From assembly GCA_052067355.1 (NCBI GenBank), contig JBQHQH010000015.1:33618-57617 (forward strand): a stretch of 24,000 nucleotides of DNA, written 5' to 3'. The stretch comes from Tissierellaceae bacterium HCP3S3_D8. Lineage in GTDB: Bacteria; Bacillota; Clostridia; Tissierellales; Tissierellaceae. The stretch's first letter is position 1. Each line of letters begins with the position of its first letter. A program made the translations under genes and the position numbers. Positions 21,851 to 24,000 of the stretch are shown piece after piece. The notes under the pieces were generated by a model, which was not told the DNA's origin, did no database searches, and saw only the letters and a list, made by a program, of their open reading frames with translations.

Positions 21851-22630
21851 ATGGAGCCTATAATAACCATAAAAAATCTAAGGAAGTCCTATGGAGATAA
21901 GGAAGTTCTTAAAGATATAAATCTCAATGTAAATAGGGGAGAAATCATAGGATATATAGGGCCAAATGGGGCTGGAAAAAGTACTACTGTAAAGATTATG
22001 CTAGGGCTTATAAATGACTATGAAGGAGAAGTCAGCATATTGGGCAAGGATATACGGGGAGATAGTATTGAATACAAGAGAAGGATAGGTTATGTTCCAG
22101 AAACGGCGGAAATATATGAGAATCTAACTGCCAGAGAATATCTTACATTTATAGGAGAACTCTATGGTATGGAATATGATGAAGCAGATGAAAAGGCTGA
22201 AAAGTTAATGGAGTTATTTGGAATCAAGGATGTCTATGATTCTAGGATCAGCTCTTATTCCAAGGGAATGAGGCAGAAGACATTGATCATATCTGCTCTA
22301 ATCAATGATCCAGATATACTATTTTTAGATGAGCCTCTAAGTGGTATAGACGCCAATAGTGTAATGGTATTTAAAGAGGTATTAGGGGAATTGGCTAAGA
22401 ATGGTAAGACCATATTCTATTCCTCTCATATAATGGAGGTAGTTGAAAAACTAAGTAGTAGAATAGTTCTCATCAACGGAGGAGAGATAGTAGCAGACGG
22501 AAATATTGAAGACTTAAAGAATAATTCCATGGAAGGTTCATTGGAAAAGATATTTAATGAATTGACTGGATTTAATAGATATGAAGAGATTGCTAAAGAA
22601 ATAGTAGACACCATAAAGAAGGTGGTGTAA
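21851..22630 (+). CDS. ABC transporter ATP-binding protein (ABC-2/exporter-type single NBD)
   Basis: Walker A GPNGAGKST, signature-like YSKGMRQK, Walker B ILFLDEPLSG and H-loop SSHIM. RBS AAGGGAG. Confidence 0.85.
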   Translation: MEPIITIKNLRKSYGDKEVLKDINLNVNRGEIIGYIGPNGAGKSTTVKIMLGLINDYEGEVSILGKDIRGDSIEYKRRIGYVPETAEIYENLTAREYLTFIGELYGMEYDEADEKAEKLMELFGIKDVYDSRISSYSKGMRQKTLIISALINDPDILFLDEPLSGIDANSVMVFKEVLGELAKNGKTIFYSSHIMEVVEKLSSRIVLINGGEIVADGNIEDLKNNSMEGSLEKIFNELTGFNRYEEIAKEIVDTIKKVV

Positions 22631-22633
22631 TAG

Positions 22634-24000
22634 ATGGAGGACTATAGAGTGCTGAAGTTCTTGGATCTATTCAAAGGTATATTTGAGAGATTTGGTATAG
22701 ATTATAAAGCTATGAGGAAGATACTTCAAGTCAAATTATTATTAGATAGTAGAAGAGTTGCTACTGTATTGCAAAACTCCAAAGCTAATAGAGAGGAAAA
22801 TAAGGATAAAAATAATTTCATAAAATCCTTAGGTATGTATTTATTGCTAGGATTTTTGATGATTCCCATCGTTATCTTTGGGCAAAATTACCTATTCCAG
22901 ATGAGTATTGTAATGGGAATGTTTATGTTTTTTATGATGACATCTCTGATATCAGATTTTAGCTCTGTGTTACTAGATCTAAAGGACAAGAATATTTTAC
23001 TTTCAAAACCCATCAATAATAGAACACTTAATATGGCAAAGATAATTCATATATTTTTCTATGTATTTATGACTACTATGGCAATGATGGGACCAGCTTT
23101 AATAGCATCTTTGATTAAAAATGGAGTATTATTTTTCTTCATATTCTTGATGGAGATAATCCTCATAGATCTATTTTTAATTGTAGTTACAGGACTTGTA
23201 TATCTGCTAATCCTGAGATTTTTTGATGGAGAGAAGCTAAAAGATATAATAAATTATGTACAGATAGGGCTTACACTTACACTTTCCATAGGATATCAGA
23301 TGATCAGTAGAATATTTCAGTTTGTGGATTTTGATACAGTAAAATTTACAAATAAGTGGTGGACCTATCTCTTGACTCCAGTGTGGTTTGCAGGTTCTTT
23401 TGAATTCTTTATAAGAGGGAATAGAGATGGATATATAGTGGCATATACAATTATGGCTTTTATTATACCTATTGTATCTATCATAGTATATATAAAGCTC
23501 ATGCCAGAATTTGAAAGAAACCTACAGAAATTGACTAGTGCAGGAAAGGCAAAGAAGAATAAAGACAGACTTACAGGGACTATATCTAGATTGATATGCA
23601 AGACTAAAGAGGAGAGAAATTTCTATAGATTTGCAACTAATATGATGAAAAATGAAAGGACATTTAAGCTAAAGGTATATCCTAGTTTAGGAATGGGATT
23701 TATATTTCCATTTTTAATACTATTGAGTTTTAGTTATACTAAAGACATCTCACAGATCTCACAGGGAAGTATCTATTTTACAATGTATTTTTCCTATATT
23801 ATAATACCTGCTGTACTGCAATTCTTAGGATATTCAGGAGATTATAAAGGGGCATGGATCTATGAGACATTTCCCATAGATTATTGGGAATCCATATATA
23901 GAGGAACAGTAAAAGCTGCATTTATAAATCTATTTACACCGATATTTATATTGATAAGCATTATATTCTTGATTGTATTTAAGCTTAGTATATTACCTCA
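22634..24000 (+). CDS. Polytopic membrane protein, probable permease partner of the preceding ABC ATPase (3' end outside the window)
   Basis: This gene is not in the ORF track because it has no stop in the window. I translated it by hand from ATG 22634 (MEDYRVLKFLDLFKGIFERFGIDYKAMRKILQVKLLLDSRR...) and found no in-frame stop to 24000. It has many hydrophobic segments and starts 4 nt after the ATPase stop. Confidence 0.65.
   Translation, partial: MEDYRVLKFLDLFKGIFERFGIDYKAMRKILQVKLLLDSRRVATVLQNSKANREENKDKNNFIKSLGMYLLLGFLMIPIVIFGQNYLFQMSIVMGMFMFFMMTSLISDFSSVLLDLKDKNILLSKPINNRTLNMAKIIHIFFYVFMTTMAMMGPALIASLIKNGVLFFFIFLMEIILIDLFLIVVTGLVYLLILRFFDGEKLKDIINYVQIGLTLTLSIGYQMISRIFQFVDFDTVKFTNKWWTYLLTPVWFAGSFEFFIRGNRDGYIVAYTIMAFIIPIVSIIVYIKLMPEFERNLQKLTSAGKAKKNKDRLTGTISRLICKTKEERNFYRFATNMMKNERTFKLKVYPSLGMGFIFPFLILLSFSYTKDISQISQGSIYFTMYFSYIIIPAVLQFLGYSGDYKGAWIYETFPIDYWESIYRGTVKAAFINLFTPIFILISIIFLIVFKLSILP

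Overview
AT-rich, Clostridia/Firmicutes-like chromosomal window, coded almost entirely on the + strand. No rRNA, tRNA, CRISPR array or transposase was seen. There are four blocks. (1) 1-6627: the 3' part of a Nik/Dpp-type ABC importer (two permeases and a fused double ATPase). It is translationally coupled to larE-larB-larC1/larC2 (nickel-pincer nucleotide cofactor synthesis) and followed by a DJ-1 family gene. No larA lies in the window. larC is split at an A9 run that looks like a dnaX-type -1 frameshift site. A long palindromic element flanked by 12-nt direct repeats sits inside the transporter operon. (2) 6706-8772: a separate promoter with a palindromic operator drives a single-subunit 2-hydroxyacyl-CoA-dehydratase/double-cubane-cluster family protein and its ATPase activator. 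(3) 8780-21709: an accessory locus that I consider the most interesting part. It holds a divergent cutC, a LicR/MtlR-type PRD regulator with a detached EIIA(Ntr-type) domain, an RDD membrane protein, two paralogous Lac/Cel-family PTS EIIB-EIIC pairs, one Lac/Cel EIIA and a small GrdB-N-terminus-like protein. It also holds two M42 aminopeptidase paralogs (one with degenerate metal ligands), a PepV-like M20 dipeptidase and a glycosylasparaginase-type Ntn hydrolase. No glycoside hydrolase or sugar kinase is present. Three promoters in this locus carry the same 52-nt upstream block, which suggests a single regulon. My working hypothesis is PTS-dependent uptake and catabolism of GlcNAc-Asn or small Asn-linked glycopeptides. 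(4) 21851-24000: an ABC-2-type ATPase and a large polytopic membrane protein that runs off the window and is missing from the ORF track. All calls rest on reading motifs by eye; no database search was possible.
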